64,000 bases of DNA from Phoronis australis (taxonomy: Eukaryota; Animalia; Phoronida), in the NCBI GenBank assembly GCA_002633005.1, contig NMRA01000018.1:1003531-1067530 (forward strand), given 5' to 3'. Within the stretch, counting starts at the first letter, position 1; each line of letters opens with the position of its first letter. This document shows positions 21,953 to 36,511 of the stretch, one piece after another. A model generated the notes under the pieces. The model was not told where the DNA came from. It saw only the letters and a program-made list of their open reading frames with translations, and did not search any database. Position numbers and translations under genes: made by a program.

Positions 21953-23899
21953 CGCATAAAATTGAAAATACTGGACATCACGTTATTTGAACGATTACAC
22001 GCATGAAGTTGTTTGTCTCGTGAACTGCATTTGATGATTAAAGGAAAGTTTTATTTTTTAACATTAATCACAATTCTATTCATTATGTGGATAATTTTCA
22101 TGCAGAAATGACCTTGTAGGCCTGGTGTAAAAATAAGTAGCCAAGGTCCGTTGTAAGTGAAAACTTGTACTGATACCAGCTTATACCCATGAACGCTAGA
22201 AATGAAATATTACAAGAAATATTAGCACAACTGTGCAATCCTTTCAACTAGGACAATTTCCGGGGGAATATTTACCTTTGCAGAAAAGACCTAATTAAGT
22301 TTTAGAAGTTGTTTTGCGAAGAGTGGTGAGGCCTCTTTCAAAATAGCACCGTGCACTAACTATTTCTTTGATTTACAGTTTTGTTTATATCTGAAACGTG
22401 TCTGTTTTGTAGATTTGAAATATCTATAAACTTCTTAACAATGTAGGTGGGCACTGCTTATTTCAAAGGTGATCGTTGCGAAATAGCTTTTGTGTTCAGA
22501 TTGGGTATGTACTCAAATGTTTACCCTGGCCAACTCCTTCTCGTGTGCAGGCTACAAAGTTGAACAAAAGATGATAATTTCAGCAACAGCCTCACCCTGC
22601 AAAAAGGCAAGTTGGATTGTTAGATGACAATAATAATGCAGTCAACTTTATAGTGACATTGACTATGTAAATATAATTTTAAAACATCTAAAGTATTCCT
22701 ATTTTGTCATCCTGCTATTTTAGGCAATGTGTTTTGAATGTCGGACTAGCTGCGAAAATTGTTATAGGAATGTCATATGCCATTCACCCTGATCATTTTA
22801 GGTAATGATCGGGTTTTTGTGACACAATAGAGATAAATATTTTTGACCAAATCCGTCGAATTGGATATTTTGGGGATTTTTTTGATATATGAACGCATAT
22901 AGTTGCGTTCCGTGACAGTTAAAAACAAAGTTAAAAACGTAAAATAGACTGATTAAAGCCCTTGGTAAAGTACAGATAGACCTTGCTTATATATCGTAAG
23001 CATTGCCACGACTTAATCCATATTTTCGAATGAAATGCTGATGGTAGAAGTAATTCGCGGTCGCCCGCTGACACTTTGCTTGGATGGATGACTGACATTG
23101 GTTCGTGTTCCGGGGTATACAAAAAAACAGCTAACTAACATTCATTTATCACTGCCGAATCCAGGATATCACACAAAGGTGTTGGCTACAAGGTACGTTA
23201 ACGATTAACATTCGTGACATCCCTGAACGAGGCTTTAGTCTTGACCAGAGGGAAACCCGGACCAGGAACGGATGGAGAGAATTACCGTCAAGTTTGCAGT
23301 CGAGCAACCTCCTTTTTGTAAACAGTTTTGCCCTAAGAGATACACGCAGAGTTATCAGAAGAGGTCACTATAACTAAAGAATTGTGACGCCTCAAGCGAT
23401 GATTTTTAAGAATGACCGTTCCGCCTGTTAGGTTGTCTGCAACCCATAGCATATATAAATTAATGCGGGGGTTATGACAAATAAACTTCGTTAAATCTGC
23501 CAACGCCGCACCTTCACCCCACAGCTTTTTTAAAAGGTCCCACTTGATAAGTTAGCCCATAGATGACGCCCTCTTGTCGCCTGTACTTTTTCTCTAGTCG
23601 TCAGCTACATTTTGCCCCTGATTCTGCAAATCATTGATCCCTCGATCCCACGCGCGACGTACACCGGCATGGTTTATTGCGCACAGATGTCATGGTAACT
23701 TACATATGCGAAATTAATGCGGGCGTTGCACTTACTAGCTTTAGTCGTATGAAAATTCCTAATTGTTCATCTTTACGTTGAATTAACCCCTTTTAAAGAA
23801 TATATCTGTAAATGCACTGAGAATTTAATTTTGCCTTGCTGGGTGCACGAGTAAGGGTAAGCAAAGTTTGAAACGTCATGATTTCCCAGGTGACGAGTA

Positions 23900-24835
23900 A
23901 AAACAAATCCCGCATCCTTTTTGCTCGTCTCAGGTGAATTGCTGATGGATTACCAACATCAGTTTCACTTGAAACATTTGACAAGATGGCATGGAGAAGA
24001 GGTTTTGGTTTTTGATAAGGTGTATCTGACGTTTTGCAGGAGATTGCCTGGAGCTGGAAATTATTGTATGCTTTCCACTGTTTGTCAGACTTTCAGTTCA
24101 GTGTATTAAATAATGGCTGAGAATATTAAAAATGCCAATCCAGCGTTATCCAGATTCAGTTTATAAAATGTGCATGAAGTCTGACGTTACACCTGGGCTC
24201 ACTTATGTTAAATCACGTCTCCAAAGATATGGCTTTAACAATGTGTGGGTTGAACAGGGTTTAGGGTATGACGAATTGTTCATTAATTTTTTTAGCAAAG
24301 AGTTAAAGAGTGCTATCTTCAAGAACGAAACTTGGAAATAAAAATTATACACACTTTTGAAACTATCTTCCAATGGGAGAGTTCTCTTAAAATTTGCCAT
24401 TAACGTATATTTCTGCACTAGCCAGACTCTGATTGTCGAACAATAACTTCGGTCGTTTGTCATTTGTCAATTGACTAAGGCAATATGGTAAGTGTAATAT
24501 ATGTAGACCTGACAAATGTATTGAAAATGAATTTCATTTCGCTTGTGTATGCTCAAGTTATAACAACCTAAGAAGATGCTTCCGTAAGAATTGGCAAAAG
24601 CCAAATTTGTATAAGTTAATATAGAAAAGGCATACTGTGCAACAGGAATCTTAAACCTTGTTAAATGTGTGTATAATTCATTCAAATTAGGAGAATCGTT
24701 GTTAGCGTCACTAATTGGTATTTCAAATTAGAAGAATCCTTGTTAGTGTCACTAGCTGGTAATTGAAAATCTTACTGTACCGTGAGCCGATGGCCGTTGA
24801 AGTATTACAATTAATAAAGACTGGTTGATTGAAAT
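23900..24835 (+). mobile_element. Decayed 3' end of a non-LTR retrotransposon (LINE, RTE-X/L2-like ORF2 C-terminus)
   Basis: Fragments VKSRLQRYGFNNVWVEQGLG..LFINFF and CNICRPDKCIENEFHFACVCSSYNNLR (C-terminal CCHC of LINE ORF2); frameshifted; AATAAA and a ttga-type tail near 24815-24835. Confidence 0.75.
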
Positions 24836-25085
24836 CTTGCGAAAACGCAAGAGCATGGTGCGATTGTTCTTCACAAGACGTCGCCGTTGCCAACGAAGCA
24901 CGTGATCACTCTCAGATCAGTTTATTTGCGAGTGTCTTACGTTTACGGAAAGCAGCACTGTTCAAGTGTAATTAGGTCCACTTTTTGCACTGCTTTGCAG
25001 GAAGCTTTTACTTCCGGTTGGCAGTTCTGTCTCTAAATCGTAGAAACTAAACTGAAATTTTTAGTTGTGGCTTACTTACGGCGTA

Positions 25086-25216
25086 GAGGAGGCAGTGTGG
25101 CCTAGTACAATAAATGTTCTCTTCCTTTAAGCTAATAAGTCGTGGGTTCGAGTCCCACTGGGACACACTGCTGGACAATTGAGTTAGTTCTCTAGCTTCT
25201 CAGCTCGGTTTTAACT
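25086..25216 (+). mobile_element. tRNA-derived SINE
   Basis: A-box TGGCCTAGT, B-box GGTTCGAGTCC, tail ctagcttctcagctcggttttaac shared with the copies at 59575-59701 and 48103-48170. Confidence 0.75.
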
Positions 25217-26269
25217 ATCTATAAATAAAGCACAAATGGTTCCATTTTTGAACAGTGCAATGGGTCCGCCTGAACAGCCTGCACACCTCTGATACAACGT
25301 GTACCAGACCGCCTGCAGTTATTATTTTTATAGTTGCACTCCCCCACCGGAAGTGCCTTCGCATATACATGAGCATGTACCCCCTCGCCTGCTCTGGTAC
25401 CCGCGGTAGATTATGTTCCACTTCGGCTGTGGGAATCAACCGAACTTCTGCTTGGTTGACCCCTGAGTACGGACATTTTGTGAGTCATCGAAGCTATATT
25501 GCATAACCAGCTTGACCATTAAAAATACCAATTCAATGTGCTGTCGCACGCTCTAATAAATTTCAACAAAATCTGCATGAAAATGATATCTTACATTGAC
25601 ATCCTTACCGGTCGAGATTCAGCAACTCGACCGGTTTGCGCACCACAGATTCTGCCGGTTTAAATCAAAGACACCATGCTGTTGTGGTTAATTAAATCGC
25701 CTCATGCTGTTAAAGTTATCCTTCTCTAGATAAGGAGACCCTTCATAAACACACTGCGGGAGGCAACAGTATTTTTTAAATTTTCGTTTTGAACCTTCGT
25801 AAATGACATATTTGAATACTTTGTGAAAACCCGCACGATTACGTTTTTGAATTTTAAAAATTGAGCAAGAAATGTGACTTTTACAATCTAAAACGTTTGT
25901 TTAATGTTGCAATAGTATGTTCCTCATTAATTCTGCTGAGTGTACAACATAATTGGGCCAATTACTAAACCACCAGGCAGCAGTTGGATTTGAAGGCAAG
26001 CCAAGTGTCAATTCTTGGCATGTGAGTAAACCACAAGGATGAGTGTTGTATGATTTCTGTGGCTGTTTGCCATTTTGAACAGTAATTTATTTTTAAGTAA
26101 AGAAATTTTTTAAAAAGTTCATCAAGAAAGATAATATTATTTTAATCTAAACAACAAAGACTTTTAACTTGATAAAGTATGATTCATGCCCTCATTATAA
26201 AATTTAAGATACGCAATTATTGATCAACACGCAAAAAATATTGTCACATGACCTTCACTGTTTACCACT

Positions 26270-26276
26270 TATAAAA
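26270..26276 (+). promoter_or_regulatory. Candidate TATA box of the CAP-domain gene
   Basis: TATAAAA ~105 bp upstream of the ATG at 26377. Confidence 0.4.
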
Positions 26277-26376
26277 ACAGCAATATCGCTTTTCTGTTAT
26301 TATATTATACTAGCGTGACGGATGAAGACCGTGAGAGACTTGATTTAATTTGATGGTAACGAACAAAGGAAACGAA

Positions 26377-29300
26377 ATGTGGTCGAGGATTCTGTTATTT
26401 TTCTCGACATTTTTTGTACTTGCCAACGCTGGAGATTACAAGGAACCAAAAAACTTTGACTATTCCAAACTTCATGCGGAGCACCTGATGGTGTTGGGAA
26501 GTAAAGTGGATATTAGCAATGTGGTAGAGTTTACTGATGCAGACCGAGAGAAAATTGTCAAACGGCACAATGACATACGATCTACAATGAAAGTTTACAA
26601 AGTCTTGCTTAAAATGGTGAGTAGATTATTTCGGGTAACAATGAAATCAACGTTCAGATGGTTCCCAAAGAGACAAAGACGATGTAAAACAGCTGATGTC
26701 AACTTGACCTTGGTCAAATTGACAGAAAACCCCTTTCAGAATCTTATCAGATAATATACCGTGTGGTTTGTTACTAGTCTTAGATTTTGATAAAGTGTCT
26801 TTTATAACATAAACTGTACTTGACTGACATTTCGCTTGCCAACGACGGTCTGAGTTCTGCATTGATGTTGCACACCCACGGTCAGGGACAAGACCATAGT
26901 GCTCCATGGCAAAGTGACGCAATATTCTGTGTTCCTACACTTGAATACTTTAGTGTATACATTCACGAACCTTACAGACACGATCAAAAACACCGTGGGC
27001 ATACCCTTTTTAAGGAATATGCCCATATTTCCCCTCGAACTATCTTGTTGCCTCCCCCTCATGTCCGCTGTGTGTGCCGGGTGGAAGTTTTTGGTGTCAT
27101 TTTTACATGGTCACTTGTTGCTCGCGCGTGAATTTATGAATTCCTGAGAAGACATTATGTACGTATTACATAAAAAAGAGTGAATGCGATTTATGTCAAT
27201 ACGTAAGAATAAGGAAACTGACAAATAAGTATATATGCGCATTGAAGTGATTGGACATTAGTTTACAAGCGTTTCTAGCTCTCACGGGAGCATTCACCCT
27301 TGACCTACCAAAATACTATAATTCTTCACACATTTCGAATTTAAAGTGTCATTGTTCTATTTCTGACTAGCTTGCAATATATAATTGAAATTTTAGCTAA
27401 TATTGGTTTATCAAAGCAGAGTACCGATGATGGTAATGATAGGGTAAAATTCCCATCTTCTAATTTTCAAATAATGGCACAACTAATTTCAGAGATGGGA
27501 CAATCAACTGGCCGTGATGGCGCGCGGTTGGGCTTCCCAGTGCATCGAAAAGGAACCCAGCGACTTCGGGCAGAGAAAAAATTTACCTATGTTCGACACC
27601 AGTGTTAACACCTTAGCCATTGATCTCTCACAAACAGTCGACGATGCGATGAACAAATTGGCCACAGACGGATCCTTGGCTATTATGAGGAAGCAGGTAA
27701 GGTCTGTTTAGTGTGATGTCCTACACGATTTACGTAAAGTGGTCATTAACGCATATTGATTTTCACATATAACCGTGGATTTAATTCATCCAACTTTGTT
27801 GCAACTGTTACATATTACAGATATCGCAAATGTAATAACAATTACCATTATTATTAGAATTCAGGTTTCCATGTTAAGCTTCTGTTGCAATAAGGCAGCA
27901 CTAGATGTTTCATAGCCGAAGGTTTCGTTTTTGCCTCGATTATCCACTTTGTTTGGTTTCCGAACTTGCAAATTTGCCTACGGAGGGAACATTTCGGTGC
28001 GGAGCACCAGATACTGACAACTTTTTCTGCAATGACCTCATATGGACTTACACCTGTTAATTTCACAAATTGGTCACATCATGTGACCTAATGTACACAA
28101 GTCTGAAAAGGTTGATGCCCCGGCCGGTACTCGAACCAGGAACCTTCCGTCGGAACGTGGAATCCTGCTTAATCTCAAGATCGCGTATGCGTGAACTTGG
28201 AATTGAATATTCTTTAAGTCAAAAAGGTGAAATTTTTGTTCAGTAAAAAGAATTTTTGGAATTATTGGCCTTGCGATCAACCATTTTCTCCTTTACCGTA
28301 ACTTGAGTCGCTGAACCGGAGGAATATGTGAATGGCTAAATCGGGATTATTATTTGGTCAAACTGATAGCAAGTAGTTGAAAAGGTTGGTTAAAATTGAC
28401 AATATTTTATTCCAAGGTAACTTGATTTAGTGCGGTGCAAATTTTTATGAATATGAACGTGATTATTTGAGTAAACTTGTCAAGTTGCCTCGCGTATTCC
28501 AAGTTCACGCACTTCCGCTTAATCTTGAGATTAAGCAGAATTCGAAATTCACGTACAGCATATCTACATTAGGTCACGTGATGTGGCCAACAGGTGGCGT
28601 GCAGACTAGACTGAAAACATATTAGATTTCGACGCCGGTTCAAGATTCATATCTTCACATGCACAAGCACAGGTGTTCTCATATCAATTTATTCACATTG
28701 GCACTCAAGGAACAATTATTTTAAAACTACACGATGTCAATCAGTCACCTCAAAGTTTGTTCATTTGTGAATTCAAAGTCTTGAAGCTCAGAGAAGTTGT
28801 TTCGTTAAATTCAACCATAAGACAAAATAGAGAATCGCTACTTCATTAATATTGATATCAAGCATTTTCATTCTAGAGGAACCAGTCTCAGGCCAGTTTA
28901 AACAAAAGCCATCCGCTTTTTCATCCTCTCAAATTTAGAGCCTCATCCCTGAACTGCCATGGGCTCTTTTGACTGTCACTTCATTGTCTTCAAGTGCCAT
29001 CACTAAGCCTGGACATTAAAAGTTGCTAAAAATCGGGTTATGCTTTCACAGATAACTCCAATGCGGACATCACATATTGGTTGTGCCATGGCAAAATGTG
29101 ACAAACTTAACAAGAAGATTTTCGTGTGCGTCTATGGACCAAGGTTTGTAAAACATTTTCCTGTAAATAGACGTTCTGCTTCCTGTTAGGAAATCCTTGA
29201 ATCACAAAATTGTGTACGCGTTTAAGCAAACGACCAAACTTCCGCAAATGCCTATAAAGAAGTTTTTTGGGGGTTTAACGGTATAAGATGGAGCTCATAG

Positions 29301-32300
29301 ACGTCTTTGCGTGCCTAAAACCTGATTTCATCTTAGGCGTGGCGTAGACGAAGAGCCACTGCTCAGCCAAAGCTGTATTAAGCACAAACCACGATGCTGG
29401 TTACTCGCAAAGATAAGTGGTTAGTGGAGTCTGCCAGCTGTTGGAGTTCATTCATTCAATTACTGTCTTGACTTGAGTCAAGAGCTTAACTCAGTGGCAC
29501 TTGATGCACTTGGCTGACCTTGTTCTCCTTCTCTGCGCCACGTCATTTGGAACACCTCGGGTATTTTCGTAGCCTCAAATTTTTCCTCGGAGACAAAAAT
29601 TATCATACTGCAAATCACGTGATTTTTAAACTGAAGAATGACTGGCTGTGACTGAATTCGATGATGCGCAGATAACGTTCACCTCCGCGAGAAGATTTAA
29701 TGCTACAAGGCGAAAATGCCCGAGGTCTTCCGGATGTCGCCATGCCTTATAGTTGCAGATTTAAAGAGCCTATGAAATCGTGGGCAATATTGCTTTACTG
29801 GAACTAGTCAGCGATATCACTTTGATGTTAAAGTTGTTGAAAATTGTTATAATTTAATAACTTCTGGAGTTCATTTAAAGTGGCAATAAACCTGCCTTAA
29901 GTCGAAAACTTTTGAATCGGTCCATTTACAGCTACACAATTGGTGTCAACTTGATCGTTACTGGGGATACAGTGAGATTTTATCTTGCAAACAACTGACA
30001 GGTGATTATAATTGCTCCAAATCATGAAATGCAAACGAAATGACAAGCCGCGACAAGTCAACTTCTAGAGACTGGCCTTGAGCAATAGCGAACTGTCAGT
30101 CCTTTCCAAACCCATAAATCTATTTTGATTAAGGAACAGTAGTGCTTGTAACATAGTGTTTTTCAATAGCCATTCAGTCGAAAAGCATTAGTCTGAACCC
30201 CGTCGATGGGATCTGTGTTCTTCATTTTTATCATCGCACTGAGACTCTTTCGTTAACAGTTGTTGTCTATTACGCCTACCGCTCAGTATTCATCCAAAAT
30301 ATTCTCGCACGCACTGCCCGATTTCTATGGCATGTCCAGTGATACACAATCACCTGCGTCGATCACGAGCAGCAAGTGGAGATAAGTCCCATATAATTTA
30401 AAGCGCATTGGTGGCGTTATAACTCCATGCCATAAAATTAACAATCAATTTATTTGACATGTGATAAAATTTCACTTTCTGATGTCATCCTCGACTTCCA
30501 AACAGTGAATAGTTTGCAAGTTAGTCTTGGTGCCGGAGTAGAGCCTGAGCTCAGGCCCGCCTATTCACCGACTATGTACGCGCGCGCGTGCCACTACATA
30601 CAGTCATACCCGCCAACAACAAAAGGAAAGCACTCGAGTCTTTTTGTGGCAATTCATCATAGACATATATTATCAAATAAAGCAATGATAGGATTAAAAT
30701 GAACAAAACTGTGTCGAGTACCCCCCAGGAATAGATCGACTCCTTACCTGACACACCTGCTTTAATCACGGAGATGATGCAGTGAGTTTCTAGTACTGGA
30801 TGTGACTCATACGAAAAATGATGCACGGCTGCCAACAAATTTGAGAAGAACAATAGAGCCTTCTATGACGAAGTTATGGTGGTTGCGTTGTGTAAACGAG
30901 TCAGGCAGTACTGTGTTTTGTATTACGGCTATATGGAAAATATCGTAATGATAAACTGAATGCCTGGGTTCTGACTCAGCAGGTTCACTTGTACCGTAAC
31001 ATTGTTTTTTGTCAGTTGTTTATTATGACAAGTACAAAAGTAATGGAATATCATGTAAACTCTGCCTGAGAGATGGGCGTGACAAAAACAATGAGAGTCC
31101 TGCTACATGAGTTTCTGTTTGCGAGACGAACTTGACGATAACAAGGTATTGTTTTTATAGCACGAAATCTACGTTTTCTTCAAATAAAAACCTAGTAATT
31201 AGTAAGCCCCGGGTTTAAAATGAACATTAAAGAAGTGAACACCTTTTGTGCAGTGGCTAGAAAAGTAGTGTTGGTGTGAACGGGCCTATAACTCAACACA
31301 AATCACAAAGTGTGTTATGCTAATTTTAGTAGTCTTCGGTGACATATTAATCAGAAAAGGATGAGGTCAAAGGCAAAGGACGAGGTCAAAGAAGACAGGA
31401 GTATTGATGACAGTTGCGTCATACGGAATACATCACCACTTGTCAGCATTGTCACAAACTCTACGTTGTTCGATTCTTGCTCCAAAGTCAAAAATTATCG
31501 TAGTTAATTGAAAAAGCAAATCGGAAAAACAAAAACTTTGTACCCAATGACCACAAAAATAGAAATTGCGGATTATACTGTAGCTGACGTTGTATGTGTC
31601 ATTAAAATTTTGAGGGACGCACCTATTTATTCCATCATAGACTATAGTTGTCTATAATCTATGATTCCATTAGCGACGTCTACTAATTCCGTGACTGTAA
31701 TGCAGTAGCATATGGCGCGTGACATTAACAAGTCACATTTCATTGCGCAACGGGAAACGATTCTTGGAAATATTTCCCTGTAGGACAGAAGAGCCAAAAG
31801 TGGTATCAAATTACTTAAAGTGACATCTACATCATAGGTTCTCACGAACTTGGCATCATGAGAACGCATTCCACATAGAAACTTGAAAAATAATGTCGGC
31901 GAGATCCCTTGGTTGTGTGGCCAAACCTCTGAGGTATCCACTTAAATTTATTTTTACGGACGCATTTCTGTGTTGTAAAATCCTGTTGGTTTTGCAGTTT
32001 CGGCATTTGAATCAATGTTAGTTTGCTAAGAAATTGAAAAGTCCCATTTCCCCACATCGGAAAGGTCAAAGGCCAACCACTGCTGTCAAAGGGGAGGATT
32101 GTCCACCATTAAGCTACAGCGGTTGTTGAGAGGTGCGATCATAGTTGTCGATTATTACGATTTTGGCAAGTGATCGTCTTTGTTGTTTCTTGATAAAATT
32201 TCAAAGTCGTAGTCTCTTTTGAATATTTCAGAGACCTCGTGAATGGGCGGAAGTCCGTGGATTTTTCAACTCTCGCCATCCCTGAACAAATGTTGAAAGA

Positions 32301-35300
32301 CGTTGAAAAGAAACGAGAAAAGTTCTGCAAAAATCTAAACCCGGCCTTCGGAAAATGTGACGGTAGATTGCTTGGTGAGTAGCTCTACTCGAGTCAAACC
32401 CGCGGTGTGGCGTCTCCTAATTTTTATTCTGGTACGAAACTAAGAAATTCGCCACTCAATAGTCGGAATAAAACATTGAGTGATTTCATGATCCTTTTTA
32501 GGTATTTCATCAATGACTCCCAAAAGAGAGGGGCGTTTTTGTTGGGGACACGTATGTCGCCATCTCAAATGAATAGTTTGGCCGAGAGGATGGTAAATCG
32601 ACTTCCTGGTATCGTCTCGGTTGGGTAGCTGGGCTTCCTGGTATTGAGTCGGATAGTAAATGAAGGAAGTGACGACCGGGAAAGACATTTCATCGGTACT
32701 GTCAAGGGTGTTCATTTTCTCGGTCGTCGTGGTATTACGTTGGTCAATTTTGGACGTGCGGCGTCCCCCCATTAAAAGGAGGAGAACCCCGTGTATCTCT
32801 TACTTCTGTTATTAGACACCCAATGCACGGTCGCTGAACCTTTCATTTGCAACTAAAATGACATATCAACCAGCATACTATTACTTCGCTGTGAAAGTGT
32901 GCCAGGTGAAAAATGAGAACCAAACCGTAATAAAAAATGATGGTAGATTATTATTTCTTTCAGAATGTAATGTGGACGCTACCCATTCCGACATCTGTTA
33001 CTATGGAAAATATCACCTGAACATGGATACGTGCCAATGTACTTGCGTAGGAAGTATGGCGAACGCGGGGCCAAAGTGTGCGAAAAGTGAGGTTTTAATC
33101 CTACATTTATTAAAGCCACTATATACCTCGGCCGGTCCCCTGATCACCAAACTTTATTTACCGCATTCCATGCTTGCAATAAACTTCGAAGTTTCACGCA
33201 AAGTGATTGGTCAATTTTGAATGGAATAAAATCTCGAGTAACTTTTGGTGGGTCCTGAGTGTAGAACCAGCCTTCTTTTCAGTCAAAGTCGTCGCATTCT
33301 TGTTCTTTGATTTTTTCATTACTGAATACAGCTGACTGCGACAGTGGCGATTTCACTGTCTGATGCCTGATGATATTTTAATTTTGAACGATAATTTTAA
33401 ACTTATTATTTTTCTTAATTTAAATCTCCAGTTTTTTGCATTTTGTAATACTTGTTGTTGATATAACGCACCATTACTTGCAGACATTTTTGTGTCTATA
33501 GAAGCAAAATCGTTTAATTTTCACTGAGCCCGTTGATTCTTGAAAGACGACATCGGTACACGCCCACGCTATGTACGCAAGAGCACTGAGCTCTCCAAAA
33601 CTAATACTTATCATGCCAGGCGTGTGTAAAGCTTAGTATCTTGTTTTAATGTTTGATTTAATATTTTAATAAGTGCAACTCTAGTTCCAAATATAAAAGA
33701 AATCCCACAAAACGTGACAACCATTGCCTCTGGTGAAAATCGTAAATGAAACTTTTAAACTTAAATTCTAAATCTCCGTGATTTTCTGGATGTGTGTTCC
33801 CTCGTGGGCATGAGCTTTTATGTGAAGCCACGACTCTATGACGGAATTTAGGTGCCCTCCACTCACTTGCACCTGAATCATTTGAGCGAAAGAAAATATT
33901 TTGAACAACATTTGAGTGTAGATGTAACGGTCCATTTTTAAATGTTTTTAATTTTAAATAGGTCAGTTGACTAAAAATTACCAAATTATAGTAGAAGAAC
34001 ATGCCCACCCGGTTAACGACATGCACCACTGAATTGCATCCTGCAAGGGCCTAGTAAATGAAGCCCCGGCGAAGATGTGCCTATTTCCGAAATACTAGAA
34101 ATGTTAAAATACAATTCCACTACTGGGAGCATGGACCCAAATATGCGTGGTGTTTTGTTCAATTCCACGTTCTGTTCAAGCTGGTTGACCTGCTTTTTAT
34201 TAATAAACTGATTTTGATTTAGACCACTCAACTTTATGGGGTTAGACTGAGCGATTTGTAGGCTTTGAAAGAACAGCGTTCCTTATTGATCGACGCCAGG
34301 CCTACGTTGAATCGTGACGGCTTGTCATTTTCAACCAATGTACAATTCAAGCTCAGAAATCACTTCCAATTTGAGATAGGAACAAACTGACCACTTTTAT
34401 ATATAATAAGTTTTTAATAGCAAGCAGAGAACGGGGAGGGAGGGTCTGGCACCTTGCCGCACCCTTTCTTGTCAAGTACAGTGTTGTCCGTTTCCCTTCA
34501 GTTCTTTGTGAAAACGACAAATCTAACAGAGACACCAGCTGTGGCAATGCTAAAAAGTGTGAGATGCAGGATACGGGGGCTCGAGGAATGTACGTGAGAT
34601 ACTGGGAGAAATGCCAAGCGCTCTGCAAGTAAGTGATGCGAACTCATAACTGTACATGAATCTGGAGTGGAAACGATACCATGGCCTCGCCTTTAAATTC
34701 CAGCCACAACCCCCTCAACCCCGTGTAGTCCCGGGCCAACAGACACCAAACCCGCCCTATTCTCGGAGAGTACCGGATTCCTCACAGTTGCCGGGCATGA
34801 AATGTTTTGCTGAACGTGTGTTCGTTAGAGACACCGCAGGTTTCCTCTTGCTCTGCCTGCCCCGCGACTGGGGTTTGGGGGATAGAAAGCTGGTGGAATT
34901 TTGAGGTGTGGTCAGACATTGAACCGTTTTCAATCCCAGTGTACAAGCTGACAACACAGCCCCACGTCTTAATGTATTACTTTTAGTAATTATTGGCTGG
35001 TTTGAACAGTTTGCCATCTGAAGTAAGTAGCCCTATAGCACAAAAGCAAGAGTGTTGGTGGGCCTAACTGGCCGAAATCACGATTTTTGACGTAGGGCCT
35101 ACCTCAGTGTTTTTTTATACGCACTGTGCTTATTGATATCGACCTTCGGTTTGAACGATCTACTTTATATGTGACAATGCATGGTCCTTGTTCTTTAAAC
35201 AGACGCATCTCCAGGGGCAATTTTTAACACGTGGCCAGGTAAATTGTCCTGGTAATAGAATTAATTTTATTGCAAGAGCAGAGGATGAAAAAACGTCTCT

Positions 35301-35301
35301 G

Positions 35302-35339
<38 letters not shown>

Positions 35340-35817
35340 ATCTGCACATTCTTTGCATTACAGTACACATTTCAAGCAAGTCAACTGTGGACAGTGAAAG
35401 ACCTTGAGTGAAACGCAATTTTAAAGGCAACGATGCAAATCAAACAAACTGCCGGACACCGGAAAAATAGGTTGCGGTTTGAGTAGCAGTACTACCAGTG
35501 TACATGTACCTCATTTTGTTGTTCGTCAATAATAAACCCGAACGCATCTTAACAATTGGCTTAATATCTATATACGGGATTTTAAGTCTGGGATACGAAG
35601 TCTTTATGTATCTTTGAACTATAGTGATAATAAAAACTTACATACACTTCATAATTTTTTTTAATAAGGGTGTTACATCTCAACCGGGTAATAGACAACT
35701 AGTGTATGTCATTTAAGCTATGACGTACAGTTTACGTGGCCGTGTGTCAACCGTGGTTGTGTTATAGGGGTTCCTGTTCCACCTACCTTTTTACCAAGTT
35801 TGGGCTTTGCACAACTG
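26377..35817 (+). CDS. Secreted CAP/SCP (CRISP-like) protein with divergent CAP domain, EGF-like and ShKT-like Cys-rich modules; last exon uncertain
   Basis: Exons 26377-26616 (signal peptide MWSRILLFFSTFFVLANAG; IVKRHNDIRS..LKM), 27493-27696 (RWDNQLAVMARGWASQC), 29052-29143 (TSHIGCAMAKC..FVCVYGP), 32232-32374, 32964-33086 (C..CYYGKYHLNMDTCQCTC..GPKC), 34502-34628 (CENDK..SC..KKC..EKCQALC), 35768-35817 (KGSCS). All phases match. Terminal exon could be 36401-36435 or 37829-37854. Confidence 0.85.
28069..28590. mobile_element. Inverted-repeat (MITE-like) element containing a tRNA/SINE-like B-box fragment
   Basis: ggtcacatcatgtgacctaatgta (28072) pairs with tacattaggtcacgtgatgtggcc (28565); ctgcttaatctcaagat..gcgtgaacttggaat pairs with attccaagttcacgc..atcttgagattaagcag; minus-strand GGTTCGAGTACC at ~28127-28138. 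Confidence 0.5.
35298..35334. repeat. (CT)n microsatellite
   Basis: ctctctct run. Confidence 0.9.
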
Positions 35818-36511
35818 GTAAGCAAATGTGTCGCGAAAAAACCGGTCTGAGTCACTTTTTAGCGAAAGCTGCACTGGGTAAAGAAGATACTTCGACGATG
35901 CAACGTGTCCAACCGTCGCGCGAACGATGACATGACTAGATCTTGTGAATGGCAATTGTGATGTTGCCAACGTCTCTAATGGCCTAGTGATACACGACTT
36001 TCAACTAAGACCACCTGCTCAATGAGTTGCGAAAACTCAGTTGTCAAAATCAGGTCAAACAGGATGGCAAGATTTAAATTTAGTTGGTAATATTTGTAAG
36101 ACTGAGATCGTCCCCACGCGGGACTGGAAATTTGCGAGTTTCAAGTAAAAAGTGGGGACATGCATCAGTAGAAAACGTCGAAATGCAACCAGGAGATGCG
36201 AACTTATCCTTCTGTTACAACTGAGACCACAGACGGAGGAGACGCATGTGACGATTCTGTCTGGTCAATGGGAGGGGTGCGCGGGCGCCGAACATAATGG
36301 AATGGCGCCTCGTTATCACAAAAAGGCGTTCTAACTGAGGAGGCATGAACTTGACGTGTGGCTCACACAGTCGGATTTTTTGCGGTTGCATTCATTCCAG
36401 ACCTTCGAAATAGCATGTTCCAATTAAATTTCTAACAATTAAGTGTCGCACATCGTCTATGGGGAACTTTGCACAGAGTCCTCTCAGCCCTGAACTTTAT
36501 AGAAGAGGTTC

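Noticed and set aside
22275-22600. Upstream NACHT exons of the NLR-like gene
   Set aside because: Splice-like signals exist but there is no Walker A/B or other NACHT motif, and frames contain stops.
25086-25170. Functional tRNA gene
   Set aside because: Has A and B boxes but no convincing cloverleaf, and shares a non-tRNA tail with dispersed copies, so it is a SINE.
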